This document shows positions 50,361 through 64,000 of a DNA stretch of 64,000 bases, piece by piece. The translations under genes were made by a program, and so were the position numbers. Below the pieces are notes generated by a model. It had not been told where the DNA came from, made no database searches, and saw only the letters and a program-made list of their open reading frames with translations. This DNA comes from Eledone cirrhosa (lineage: Eukaryota): NCBI GenBank assembly GCA_964016885.1, contig OZ024763.1:3038001-3102000 (forward strand). Direction: 5' to 3'. Position 1 is the stretch's first letter; the number at the start of each line of letters is the position of its first letter.

Positions 50361-50690
50361 TGGAGGCACACGGCTTAGTGGTTAGAGCATTGGCCTTGCA
50401 ATCGAAAGGTTGTAAGTTCAATTCTCAGGCCGGGTGATGTGTTGTTTCCTTGAGCAAGACACTTTATTTCACATTGCTCCAGTTTACTCAGCTGTAGAAA
50501 TGAGATGATAGGGACTGGGGTCACTATCATTCCACTGCAAAGTGGACGTGGAGGTGCCACAACAAAAAAGCACCCAGCACTCACTGTAAATGAGGTTGGT
50601 GTTAGGAAGGGCATCCATCTGTAGAAATCAAGCCAGAATCAGTTCCCATCCCACCCTTGCAAGCAGGGAAAAGCGGACGTAAAATGATGA
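50361..50690 (+). mobile_element. Full-length tRNA/CORE SINE with RTE-derived tail
   Basis: ggcttagtggttagagc A box, aagttcaatt B box, CORE, tail cccacccttgcaagcagggaaaagcggacgtaaaatgatg. Confidence 0.85.
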
Positions 50691-50799
50691 AAAAAAAAAA
50701 ATATATATATATATGTATGTATATATACATATATATATACACACACATATATATATATATATATACATGTATGAAAGCGTGTGGCTTTCTGGCTAGGGT

Positions 50800-51045
50800 A
50801 TCCTTGAGCAAGACACTTTATTTCACATTGCTCTAGTCCACTCAGCTGGCAAAAATGAGTTGTACTTCTTGTTCGAAGGACCAGCCTTGTTACACACCGT
50901 GTCACACTGAATCTCCCTGAGAACTACATAAAAGGTACACATGTCTGTGGAATGATCAGCCACTTACATGTTATTTTCAAGAGCAGGCTGTTCCATTGAT
51001 CAGATCAACTGGAATACTCGTCGTCATAACTGATGGAATGACTGT
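50800..51045 (+). mobile_element. CORE-SINE fragment with a different 3' domain
   Basis: ccttgagcaagacactttatttcac followed by a distinct body (ctgaatctccctgagaactac..caggctgttcc). Confidence 0.6.
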
Positions 51046-51676
51046 ATATATATGTGTGATGGCAAATTGTCAGAGTTGTTAGAACGTCAGATAGAATACT
51101 TTAAGGTATTCATTCCTGTTGTCAGCTCTCTGAGTTCAAATCCTGCCGAGGTCAACTTTGCCTTTCATCCTTTCTAGGTTGATAAAAAAGTACCAGTCTA
51201 CTACTGGGGTTGATTCTTCTTCTATATCTCTTTCTCATTTCCCCTCTCTCACTCAGTCTCTCCATATATATACACACTACCAGTCTACTACTGGGGTTGA
51301 TTCTTCCTCTATATCTCTTTCTCATTTCCCCTCTCTCACTCAGTCTCTCCATATATATATATATATATATATAGCCCTAGCCAGGATGTGTCTATGTTCA
51401 CACCACCAACACCCCCAACATCCCCCACCACTACCAGACCAACCCTCCACACCACCACCACACTAACCCTCCACACCATACTACCACCACACCACCACCA
51501 ACACAACCACACCACCAACTCTCCACACCACCACCACACCACCACCAACACAACCATACCACCACCACACCACAGCACACTCCCACCACATCACAAAAAC
51601 CCCCACCACACCCCCGTGTAGCAGTACTCTAAGATGACAAGAGCCCTAGCAAGGATGTGTCTCTGTGAGTTGAGCC

Positions 51677-51817
51677 TCAGTAAATGTTGCTGGCGTCTAA
51701 CTGGACACCTTCCTCAACAAAATGTCCACCAAATAATGGTAGAAGGATCTCTTTTAAGTCTTCGTATTTACAGGGACACTTTTGTTTGTAGACGGTGGGG
51801 AGGGGGCTCTTGTGTAG
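51677..51817 (-). other. Candidate terminal exon of an unidentified, possibly decayed gene
   Basis: Minus acceptor ctctccAG, then [46 protein letters not shown]; family not recognised. Confidence 0.35.
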
Positions 51818-51925
51818 CTGGAGAGTGTGGTGTGGGGCTGTGTGTGTGTGGGGGGGGGGTATGTGTATATATATATGCATATATATATAAGCACCCAGAT
51901 AAGTAGCTATACACATACATACATG

Positions 51926-51962
<37 letters not shown>

Positions 51963-52020
51963 CTGCATAAGTAGCTATATACATTTACACACGCACATAT
52001 ATATATACAGACACACACAC

Positions 52021-52052
<32 letters not shown>

Positions 52053-52571
52053 ATATATATATATGTGTATATATATATATATGTATATATATATGTGTGT
52101 GTATATATATGTGTATATATATATATATGTATATATATATGTGTTGTGTGTATATATGTGTATATATATATATATGTGTGTGTATAGGAATCTGTGTAAC
52201 TATAGATATATACTTTGTGTGTATAGTTTGTGTATGTGTGGGGTGTGTATATATGTGTATGTATGAGTGTGTGCATGATGTTTAGTTTGTGTATGCATGA
52301 GTATGTGTATGTATGTATGTGTGGGTATGAGTGGGGTATGCATGTATATATATATGTATACATACGTATATATATGATATTTGTATTGGGTGATCTTCAA
52401 GGACACATGCCAACACGTCTTTATAAAACATCAAACTACCCTCTTCTCCTCCTCCTCCCTCTACAGGGTGTCTCTAGGTCTCCACACAGTTAGATGAAGA
52501 AGCTACCGATGAACAGTAGATAGATAGGTAGGTAGGTAGGTAGGTAGGTAGGTAGGTAGTGGGTAGATAGT

Positions 52572-52950
52572 TAGATAGATATGTTTCTTTATTAGCCACA
52601 GGGGCACAAAAGAAGGGGACAAATACAAAGGGGGAAGTTTACATACAATAAAAACGTGTAAAATGTTATCACAAATGCAATTTAAAAAATTAGTCCATTT
52701 TCCCCAATAGGGGGAGACAGTTCATATGGGTAACACATACCCCCGAAAAAATGTGCAACCCTCATCTCCAGGAGTACGAAGAGTTTGTACTCCTTTCTTC
52801 TCCTCCTCCTTTTCCTCAACCTACAGGCTGATATAGAGAGAAGGCCCATTCACTCGGGCCATTCTCACCACTTTCACCCACCTTTCATAAAACTTGCTGG
52901 GGTACAGCACCTCTCTCTCCATCCTGATTCTTCTTCCAAAGTGGTATTTG
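52572..52950 (-). mobile_element. Tx1/L1-like LINE 3' end
   Basis: Minus translation KYHFGRRIRMEREVLYPSKFYERWVKVVRMARVNG..*, 3' tail with AATAAAG followed by (ATCT)n. Confidence 0.55.
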
Positions 52951-52987
52951 AAAAAAAGAATCAGTTAGATAGATAGATACATAGATA

Positions 52988-53066
<79 letters not shown>

Positions 53067-53441
53067 TTATATATGTAAACTTCCCCCTTTGTATTTGTCC
53101 CCTTCTTTTGTGCCCCTGTGGCTAATAAAGAAACATATCTATCTATATATAAGTTTACGTGAAATAGTCTTTTTCAAGACTATACAGAGCATTTGTAGTT
53201 GTCCCAAATTGAAGGATGAGTATTTTAAACTTTATTTATCATGAGTTAAGGCTCTATTGATTTTTCCCTGGATTTTACTAAATTCTGTTGGATAAATCTA
53301 TATCCTGATTCTTTTTGAATTGAGATTGAATTATTTTTCCCACAACTTACGTTAACTATTTTCCCATTTTGACGCTATAGTCACTTATATATTATAGAAT
53401 ACTGTTGGTTTCTTGCTACAATACTTTCTATACCTTTCATT

Positions 53442-53475
<34 letters not shown>

Positions 53476-54247
53476 AATATAAAGATAGATAGATAGATAG
53501 CAAGAGAGAGAGATAGGTAAGTAGGTAGATAAATGGATGAATAAATAAATAGATAGAGAGATATGTAGACAGACAGACAGACGGATTGATGGAGAGATAG
53601 ATAGACAAACAGACAGACAGCCAGACAAAGAGAGAGAGAAAGTGAATGATGAAGCATGATTTCAGTTTGTAATTCCAGTAAAATTGACTTTAACAGCTGA
53701 GAAGAAAATTGTTCCAGTAATATCATTTCACAAGAGTTTTTGACCTGTTGTAGAGTGGAATTAGATAAACCTGCTTAAAAACAGATACCTTTTTCAAATG
53801 GAGGGTTGCTGGGACACTGTCAAAATAAATAAATAAATATATAGAGGAAACATCAGGGTTTTTTCAGTTTTGTTTGTTATTATTTTACTGAATTTTTTGG
53901 GCACTGTTTACCCTCTTCGTGGATTTGGTGTCAATATTGAAAGTAGTTTGATTTTGTTTGACACCAACACAACAAATATACCCTCTTCTCCTACCTGTCT
54001 CAACACACACACACACTCACACACATACACATGCACACACACAAACACTCTCTCTCAGATACACACAAACTCACACACACACATTGACACTCTCCCTCAC
54101 ACACACTCATACATAGACATTTGCTCACACACACATACACACTCACTCCCCCACACACACATATACACTTACTCACATACACACATACACTTATTCACAC
54201 ACACACACACACCATTACGTGAAGTCATCTCACCCAACAGATGTCAT

Positions 54248-54898
54248 GTCGGTTTATGGGGTAGAGGTTAAAGTTAATAGTTATGTCTCACCCATCAGAT
54301 GTCGGTTTATGGGGTAGAGGTTAAAGCTAATAGTTATGTCTCACCCATCAGATGTCGGTTTATGGGGTAGAGGTTAAAGCTAATAGTTATGTCTCACCCA
54401 TCAGATGTCGGTTTATGGGGTAGAGGTTAAAGCTAATAGTTATGTCTCACCCATCAGATGTCGGTTTATGGGGTAGAGGTTAAAGCTAATAGTTATGTCT
54501 CACTCATCAGATGTCGGTTTATGGGGTAGAGGTTAAAGCTAATAGTTATGTCTCACCCATCAGATGTCGGTTTATGGGGTAGAGGTTAAAGCTAATAGTT
54601 ATGTCTCACCCATCAGATGTCGGTTTATGGGGTAGAGGTTAAAGCTAATAGTTATGTCTCACCCATCAGATGTCGGTTTATGGGGTAGAGGTTAAAGCTA
54701 ATAGTTATGTCTCACTCATCAGATGTCGGTTTATGGGGTAGAGGTTAAAGCTAATAGTTATGTCTCACCCATCAGATGTCGGTTTATGGGGTAGAGGTTA
54801 AAGCTAATAGTTATGTCTCACCCATCAGATGTCGGTTTATGGGGTAGAGGTTAAAGCTAATAGTTATGTCTCACCCATCAGATGTCGGTTTATGGGGT
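54248..54898 (+). repeat. 53-bp minisatellite, ~12 copies (GTCGGTTTATGGGGTAGAGGTTAAAGCTAATAGTTATGTCTCACCCATCAGAT)
   Basis: Period 53 (54301 and 54354), near-perfect copies. Confidence 0.97.
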
Positions 54899-55169
54899 AT
54901 TGTCACAATACCTTTCTAAGAGAGGGAAACTCTGAAAAAAAAATTCTGTGACTTCGGAAGCATCTGATGATGTTGACCAGTTCTCCTTTTCGGGTAGTGT
55001 TTTTGATGCTCAGAGAGTGGGATGGTCGAGTGCAAGGCCTTTCTCCACTTCAAAAACATTCAAAGTACAGGCATTGCTTGTTCAGGATATGTGTGACTGG
55101 CTATAACCTGAAAGTGCACCAAACTCTATAATCTGACAATCAATTGCAGTACTCTTAGCAGAGTTTGCA

Positions 55170-55209
<40 letters not shown>

Positions 55210-55363
55210 CACAAGAGTTTTTGACCTGTTGTAGGGTGGAATTAGATAAACCTGCTTAAAAACAGATACCTTTTTCAAATGGAGGGTTGCTGGGACACTG
55301 TCAAAATAAATAAATAAATAAATATATAGAGGAAACATCAGTTATAATATATATATATATTTA

Positions 55364-55404
<41 letters not shown>

Positions 55405-55409
<5 letters not shown>

Positions 55410-55667
55410 TACGGGAGAGGAGACTGAGGTGGTATGGACATGTGATGCGCATGGAGGATGACCGATGGGTGAAGAAGTGCCAGGAAATGCCAGTTGAAGG
55501 AAGACGTGGTAGAGGTAGACCACGAAAAACATGGGCGGAGGTGGTGAGAACAGACCTCAGATCATTGAAGCTCACGGTGGAGATGACGAGGGATCGTGAC
55601 GAGTGGAGAGATGCTGTGCTGAATAAGATCCGTCCCACCCTTGCAAGCAGGGAAAAGCGGACATAAA

Positions 55668-55705
<38 letters not shown>
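55405..55705 (+). mobile_element. RTE LINE 3' end
   Basis: RRLRWYGHVMRM..GRGRPRKTW..DRDEWRDAV, (GAT)n tail. Confidence 0.9.
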
Positions 55706-55708
<3 letters not shown>

Positions 55709-55870
55709 ATATATATACTATATACACACACAAGCTCTGGTTCTATGATGTAAAACCACCAATTTTAACCCTTTAGTTACCAACCTGGCCAAAACCAGCT
55801 CTGGTTCTATCAAATAGAATCACCTATTTTAAAGGCTTCCAATTTAAATTAAAAATTCTTCCAACACACC

Positions 55871-55914
<44 letters not shown>

Positions 55915-56542
55915 TATATATATATAAACACACACACACACATATATCACCATCTTCACCATTTTACATCTATTTTTCTATGCTAGTATGGGTATATATA
56001 TATACATATATATATACATATATATATATATATACATATATACATATATATACACCCACACCACCACCATAACAACAATAAAAGGCCAACATTAAGACAT
56101 GTGACTGTATAGTGTGAGGACAACAACAACAGTAACAACAACAACAAAAACAATGGTAACAACAACAATAACAATAACAACAACAACTGTAACAACAATA
56201 CCACCACCACCATCATCATCATCAATAAATTTACTGCGAAGCTATAATCTACCCGTTTCAAGAAAGGTTTACCTGGTTTAATCTGTTTGGGTAGAATTAT
56301 GAAGGGTATTAAGGTAGAAGGTATTAGAAACCTGGAGTTAACAATGGAAGACAATGACAGAAGGGGGTCACATGAGAATATGGTGGGTGATGGGGGGGGG
56401 GGGGGGTAAAGCCCTGCAGGGTATATGTTCTGTGTCCTGTGTGATCTCCCCTTCCCCCCGGGGTGGGTGTGTGGTGTGGGTGGCTGGGTGGACAAAAGCC
56501 AACCAAATCACCAGATTGTCTGTTTCTTAACAAACAAAAAGT

Positions 56543-56573
<31 letters not shown>

Positions 56574-56750
56574 CATCATCATCATCATCATCGTTTAACG
56601 TCCATTTTCCATGCTAGCATGGGTATATATATATATATGTATGTATATATATGTTAAACGGTGATGATGATGATACACACACACACACATATGTCATCAT
56701 CATCATCATTTAACGTCTAAAAACGCTGATGTTGATGATGATATATATAT

Positions 56751-56860
56751 ATAATAATTGTTTCTACTTTAGGCACAAGACCAGCAATTACCCAGTACAT
56801 TACTGGTACTTTGTACTGGGTAATTGCTGGCCTTGTGCCTAAAGTAGAAACAATTATTAT
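56751..56860. repeat. 49-bp-arm inverted repeat built from SINE 3' tails (12-nt loop)
   Basis: 56751-56799 is the reverse complement of 56812-56860 with one mismatch. Confidence 0.92.
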
Positions 56861-56869
56861 AATGTAATA

Positions 56870-57300
56870 ATAATGAAATATTGTGTACAGTGCTCAGGTG
56901 CACTACAACTCATCAAAAAGTGTATGTATAGTACATAGGGTAATGTACAAACGTCAGGAAAATGAACAGTACATGAGGCATGATATACACATGTGCATGT
57001 GTATGGAAGGGGTACATCAGTTGTAGTTTTGGCGAATTTCGGGAAGCATGAGTGTCTTAAAGGATGCAGTGTCTCGGCAGCTAACAACTGATGCAGGCAG
57101 TTTGTTCCATGCTTCAGCAACTCTGAGCGTGAAAAGATGTTTCCGAAAGTCATGGGAGCTGTGTTGTTTTCTGATTTTGTAGGCATGTCCACGTGTGTTA
57201 GACACATGGAGATCAAAAAGGTGCTCAGGGTTGTTGTTGGCGAGATGGTTAATAACTTTGTGGGTGTTTACCAAGTCCATTGCCAGGCGTCGGAGCTTCA
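56870..57300 (-). mobile_element. CR1-like LINE 3' end
   Basis: LRRLAMDLV..TRGHAYKIRK..RKHLFTLRVAEAWNKLPASVV CR1-type C-terminus. Confidence 0.85.
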
Positions 57301-57359
57301 ATGTGTGTGTGTGTCTGTATATATATCATCATCATCATCGTTTAACATATATATATATC

Positions 57360-58103
57360 TCAAATGCAAAGTATGGATGCATAAAAGATGTAGTGGGATC
57401 ACAGGTAAACTAACTTAGAACATAGATTTTATATATGGCCGGTGCTCAGGTGCAATAAGTAGTAGCAAGTGCCCACAGGATACTAGCTCCTTCCATTGCC
57501 CAGATGGTTCTATAGAAATAGTGGACACCTTCCGTTACCTGGGTGACAAAATCAGCAGTGGTGGAGGGTGTTCTGAAAGTACAGTAGCCAGAGTCAGAAC
57601 GGGATGGAAAAAGTTCAGAGAGCTTATACCGTTGTTGGCCGCTAAAGGGTTCTCTCTAAAAATGAAAGGCAGGCTGTATGATGCCTGCATACGAACAGCA
57701 ATGAGACATGGGCATTGTGCACAGACTGGTGAGGAACAAAGTTTGCATGCTCCATTGGATGTGTAATAGTAATATACGTGAATGGCAAAGCATAAATGAA
57801 CTAAGTGAGAAATTAGGAATAAGAGGGATCAGATGCTGTTTACTCGAGATAAGACTACGTTGGTATGGCCACGTGATGCACATGAAAGACGACAGCTGTA
57901 TAAAAAAGTGCAGGGCGATCAAAATAGATGGAAGCTACGGAGTAGGCAGACCCGGAAAAACCTGGGATGATTTGATAAATTCCGACCTTACACACTTACA
58001 CCTCTCTAAGACAATGTCACTGGACCGAGATCTTTGGCGCTACGTAGTAATACAGAAGTATCGCCTAAGTGCAAAGCGAAACCTACAGTCAGTAGGCACC
58101 TCT
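57360..58103 (+). mobile_element. RTE LINE 3' portion (frameshifted)
   Basis: WMHKRCSG, FRYLGD, GWKKFRELIPLL, RLRWYGHV and GRPGKTW motifs. Confidence 0.88.
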
Positions 58104-58159
58104 AACAAAAATACACCCCCACCCCTTTCTCTGTAAAGTTATGTTGGTGCCACAAATCC

Positions 58160-58841
58160 AGTCCTAAATAAATGAGGTCATCTAGGTGTCACAACAAAAA
58201 AAACACACAGTCCACGCTGTAATGTGGCTGTGTAGGTAACACGGTAAAAACCTCCCAGTCCTCACTGTAAACGTGGTTGGTGTTAGGAAGGGCATCCAGC
58301 CATAGAAAACCCGCCAGACAGTCCTATACGAGCAAAACAACCAATCTTGCCTCACGTGGGACAATTCCCGTCTAAACCCATGCAAGCGTGGAAGATAGAC
58401 GTTAAACGATGATGATGACGATGATGATATATATATATGTTAAACGGTGATGATGATATATACACACACACACACATACATATATATATATACACACACC
58501 CATATATATCCACACACACATATCATCATCATCATCATTTTACGTCCGCTTTTCCCTGCTTGCAAGGGTGGGACGGGAACTGATTCTGGCTTGATTTCTA
58601 CAGCTGGATGCCCTTCCTAACACCAACCTCATTTACAGTGAGTGCTGGGTGCTTTTTTGCCGTGGCACCTCCACAGTGGAATGATATGGACCCCAGTCCC
58701 TATCATCTCATTTCTACAGCTGAGTAAACTGGAGCAATGTGAAATAAAGTGTCTTGCTCAAGGAAACAACACATCACCCGGTCTGAGAATTGAACTCACA
58801 ACCTTTCGATTGCAAGGCTAACCACTAAGCCATGTGCCTCT

Positions 58842-58845
<4 letters not shown>
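58160..58845. mobile_element. Two SINEs: 58160-58410 (+) and 58522-58845 (-)
   Basis: Inverted counterparts of 49175-49420 and 50361-50690 respectively. Confidence 0.8.
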
Positions 58846-58884
<39 letters not shown>

Positions 58885-58907
58885 GGGGTAACCAACCTTC
58901 TTTCCTG

Positions 58908-58938
<31 letters not shown>

Positions 58939-59619
58939 CATCATCATTATTGTTTAACATCCATCTTCGATGCTACCATGGGTAGAACAGGCTGTCCTTC
59001 TGTGAGAGATCAGATCAGGGGGACCGTGATTCACCCATCCAGAACTGCATCGGGCAGGTGTTCTACGGCTGGATGCCCTTCCTAACGCCAACCACATCAC
59101 CACCACCAACAGCGTGTACTGTAAATATAAACTTATATAAATGCTAAAGAGTTAAACCCAGAACTTGTGATTCTTTGCTAGTATAGAGTACTTTCGTTTA
59201 GAACTAAACTCCAAAAGTGCTGCACCAAAATCTGGTGTTGGGTGTGGTACGGGTGAGAGGAATGTTTAAAGTTTATCATAAAGCTGTGAGATGAACGGTG
59301 AGGGGTAGTGATGAGGGTTGGAGCAGGGCAGGGTGGAATGGGTATCTTTTAGTGTCAGTCTAGAATCAGTTGAGGTCTGTACTCAGTGGTGTAGAACGGG
59401 TTTTCACCTTCCTGGTTGCATAAATTCTTATCTGGTTTCTATGCGGATATCATCATCATCATCATTTTACGTACGCTCTTCCCTGCTTGCAAGGGTGATA
59501 TATATATATACTCATATATAGTTCAAGAAAATGACAAAACAGATATATATATATATATATATATATTTATTTATATATATATATATATACACACACATAT
59601 ATATATATATATAATATAT

Positions 59620-59660
<41 letters not shown>

Positions 59661-59704
59661 ATGTGTGAGTGTGTGTGTGTATATACATATATATAGGAAT
59701 TGGG

Positions 59705-59831
<127 letters not shown>

Positions 59832-60613
59832 CCATATAGAAACCCAATTCCCACCGTTTAAACTACTAGAATGGGAACAGTCCACCGATATGATAATCAA
59901 AGTCTTAGTCCCCAACCCCAGTCCACCCGCATCCACCCGGGCCTCTCTCTGATTTCTTTGTACTGTCATCCATCTTTAAAACATGGCATCATTTATTTAA
60001 TGAAAACTTTGTTAACCTCAAATATTGAGAAAGTTATACCTACATACACTCTCTCTCTCTCTCACACACACACACATCTGACCATGTAGTAGACCAGTTA
60101 ATGTATGTACACATACATACATGCAACTCGATGTCTAGGGTATTAAGCCTGGTAGAGCCCATCTCCCCAGGTCTGAATACAGCAGATTTCTTCCAGAGAA
60201 GGATAGAGTGAGTGAGAAAGAGATATAGAGGAAGAATTGACTGCAGTACTTGATTGGTACTTTTTTTATAGACCTTGGAAGTATAAAAAGCAAAGTTGTC
60301 CTCAGAGCTCAGAGAAAGAATCAACCCCAGTATTAGATTGGCAGACCTGCCAACCTCTAAAAATCCAAACAGAGTGTACCATAAAAACTAGTGCCCCAAA
60401 ACAGGGAGAAATGAGGTGAAATGGGGAGACTTTACATAATGAAAGCTATACCTATTTTCACAAGAGAAGACATCTCTCATCCACTCCAAAGTGGGTGGGA
60501 GATGTTCCTGTCGGTCGGGGAAGGGTTGGTCAGGACTGGTACTTCTTTTTATTGATCTTGAGAGGATAAAAAGCAAGCAAAGTTGATCTTGGCTGGATTT
60601 GAACTCAAAGAAA

Positions 60614-60661
<48 letters not shown>

Positions 60662-62069
60662 GTGGAATAAATACCACAGATGATTCTATCTGACATTCTC
60701 AGGACTCTACCAAATCTACCACCATTGCCTGATATTGAATAATAAACCAACTAAAACAACACAAACAAGAAGTCAGTTAAATAACATTTTTAATTTAACG
60801 GAAAAAAAACATTCCTTTAAAGTCCTGCTTTCCCAGACCCTCCCCCCTTCCATTAAAGTCCTATGTCCTATTCTCTAAAAAAAACACCACTACACCAACC
60901 AACATCACCACCATCACTACCACCACCACAACCAACCATCACACCACCACTATCACTAACCACAATACCACCACCAACACCACACCATTACACCATTACA
61001 CCATCACACCACTACACCACCACAACCCTCCTCTTGTCTTTTGGACAGTGTTATCAACTCTATATAGCTTGAGTCTCAAACCGCCACCACCACCAACCAA
61101 CCAACCAATCAACACACCACCACCACCACCACCACCAACCAACCACCATCACACCACATCACCAACCACAACACCACCACCACCACAACCCTCCTCTTGT
61201 CTCTGGGACAGTGTTATCAACTCTATATAGCTTGAGTCCCAAACCACCACCACCACCAACCAACACACCACCACTACCAACCAACCAACCAACACCATCA
61301 CACCACAACACCACCACCACCACCATCACACCACACCACCACCACCACCACCACCACAACCATCACCATCACACCACTACACCACCACAACCCTCCTCTT
61401 GTCTCTGGGACAGTGTTATCAACTCTATATAGCTTGAGTCCCAAACTATTTTCGCCATTGTTTCAAGAGGTTTTCTCATTCAGACCCAACTTAATAAACA
61501 GACTTGATCCTGTTAAGTTTCCGGAGAGGTGGTCGTGGTAGGGAGGTAGTAATGTTAGTATGTACAGCTATTGTTTTCATGTTACCCATCCTAGAAATAC
61601 AGACGAAGGAGGAAAAAAGTTTATTTTTGATAAATTTTTATCAGTTATTTACAACTTGGAAAAATACTTTAGAAACTTGCAGATCTCTCTAGAAAACAGA
61701 TATAGACAAATTCATACGCATACATACACATATAGACACACACATGCACACATACAGAGGCAGATATACATATATAAAGGTACACACATAAACAAATACA
61801 CACGGAAACACACACAAACACACGCACTCAAATAACACACACAAACACACACACTCAAATACCACATGCAAACACACACACACCAACACCACCCCACCAA
61901 CACACATCACTACCAATACACACCACACCACCAATACACACACAAACACCACCACCACATACCAACACACCACCACAACACTCAACTCTCTGTAATATAT
62001 TAAACTTAATATTTACAATATTTGGCCCATGTGGCCAGTTAAACCTCATCAATACACTGTATTGTCCAT

Positions 62070-62560
62070 TGTATCCTTAAACAAAACACTTTATTTCACA
62101 ATGTCTCTTTGAGCAAGACACCTTATTTCACTGTGTCCTTGAGCAAAACACTTTATTTCATGTTAATTCTGTGAGAAAGACATTTTCCCACAATCAGTTC
62201 TTGAGCAAGACACTTTCTTTCACAATATGTCCTTAAACAAGACACTTTATTTCATGTTAATTTTGAGAAAGACACTTTATTTCACAATCTCCTTGAGCAA
62301 GACACTTTATTTCACAGTATTCTTGAGCAAAACACTTTATTTCACAATGTCCTTGAGCAAAACACTTTATTTCACAATATATCCTTAAACAAGACACTTT
62401 ATTTCACAATGTCCTTGAGCAAAACACTTTATTTCACAATATATCCTTAAACAAGACACTTTATTTCACAATGTCCTTAAACAAGACACTTCATTCACAA
62501 TGTCCTTGAACAAGAGACTCTATTTCATGTTCATTGTGAGAAAGACACTTTGTTTCACTC
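62070..62560 (+). repeat. ~30-bp minisatellite derived from the SINE CORE (ccttgagcaagacactttatttcacaatgt)
   Basis: About 15 degenerate copies of the CORE motif seen in SINEs at 37640, 50450 and 50800. Confidence 0.85.
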
Positions 62561-62879
62561 CTGGTGGAATAAATGTATGCTCGGGCATTAAATTGAGTAA
62601 TTACATATCCTCACACACATATAGAAACATATATATATACATACATACACATACAAACATATATATATATATACGTACCCACATACATACAAACATATAT
62701 ATATATATATATATATATACGTACACACACATACAAACATATATATACGTACACACACACATACAAACATATATATATACGTACACACACAAACATATAT
62801 ATATATATGTACACACATACATTCATATAGAAACATATATATACATACATACAAACATATATATATATATATATACATG

Positions 62880-63140
62880 GTGGCTGCCAACTCGTTTTCG
62901 AGTACGGCCACTCCTTTATATCCATGTAGGAGAACCCCTATCAATGTGTTGAACAAGTGTGACTTTTTAGTCCAGCCAGCGACTTGAAAACTCTGGTACA
63001 AACACTACACTTGTGACAATTATTGACACATAGTGCTGGGCCAATGGTACCATGTGACGACAAGTGCAGAGAGATCTCCAGATATAAAGCAATGCCTGTG
63101 CCGTGAAGCTTTTATAGTGAGCAAAGGCACTGCACAAAGC
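62880..63140 (-). mobile_element. RTE/BovB-like 3' end with C2H2-like knuckle
   Basis: Minus translation HKCSVCTRVFKSLAGLKSH. Confidence 0.5.
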
Positions 63141-63233
63141 CAGTATATATATACATACACACATACATACAAACATATATATACGTACACACACACATAC
63201 AAGTATATATATATATGTACACACACATATACA

Positions 63234-63292
<59 letters not shown>

Positions 63293-64000
63293 GTACACAC
63301 ATACATAAAAACATATATATATACGTACACACACATATATATGTACACATACAAACAAACATATATATTTGTACACACATACATACAAACATATATATAC
63401 GTACACACACACATACAAGTATATATGTACACACACATATACAAACATATATATATATATATATATATATGCATATACGTACACACATACATAAAAACAT
63501 ATATATATACGTACACACACATATATATGTACACATACAAACATATATATTTGTACACACATACATACAAACATATATGTATATACATACACACACACAC
63601 ACATACACATATATATATATGTACACACATACAACCTGATGAGTCTCTGCACTGAAGACAGACCTATCCCACATAGGGCCACTAGTGTGATCTCAGACCA
63701 ACATCTGAGATAAACATACTTTTGTGTATAAGATACATTTAACTCTTCAGCGTTCATATTACTCTATATATACTGTTGTATTACACAGTGATACAGAATA
63801 CCCGACTTCCCACGGGTACAAGCCAAGGCTGAAGCATATAGATAGTATGCCCCCACCCCCTCCCACTGTAAAGTGGTTGTGGAGGTGTCATGACAAAAAG
63901 CACCCAGTCCACACTGTAAAGTGGTTCTGTAGGAGTCATGACAAAAATCACCCAGTCCACACTGTAAAGTGGTCATGTAGGAGTCACGACAAAAAGCACC

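Noticed and set aside
63636-63665. CTGATGAG-TCTC..GAAGAC possible hammerhead
   Set aside because: No GAAA box or stem III after the putative stem II.

Overview
Animal (eukaryotic) genomic DNA. The SINE families, RTE/Penelope relics and (TA)n/(CA)n density suggest a coleoid cephalopod such as Octopus; this is inferred, not verified. Bases 1-17,020 are an almost pure C/T tract, punctuated by 12 copies of a conserved ~95-bp cassette, and appear to lie in the last intron of a heparan-sulfate D-glucuronyl C5-epimerase (GLCE) gene whose terminal coding exon is at 17338-18362 (+). A second, N-terminal-type GLCE exon sits out of order downstream at 37093-37267 (+). The rest is TE debris (RTE, CR1-like, Vingi-like, Tx1/L1-like, and a Penelope-like GIY-YIG relic with a hammerhead motif), tRNA-derived SINEs, minisatellites (32, 40, 53, 60 and ~30 bp) and a ~3.6/4.3-kb local duplication. 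There are also several splice-signal-bounded unique segments suggesting non-coding or decayed minus-strand transcription units. Nearly all long ORFs in the track are low-complexity artefacts. Repeat boundaries are approximate, all identifications were made by eye and from memory, and no database searches were run.
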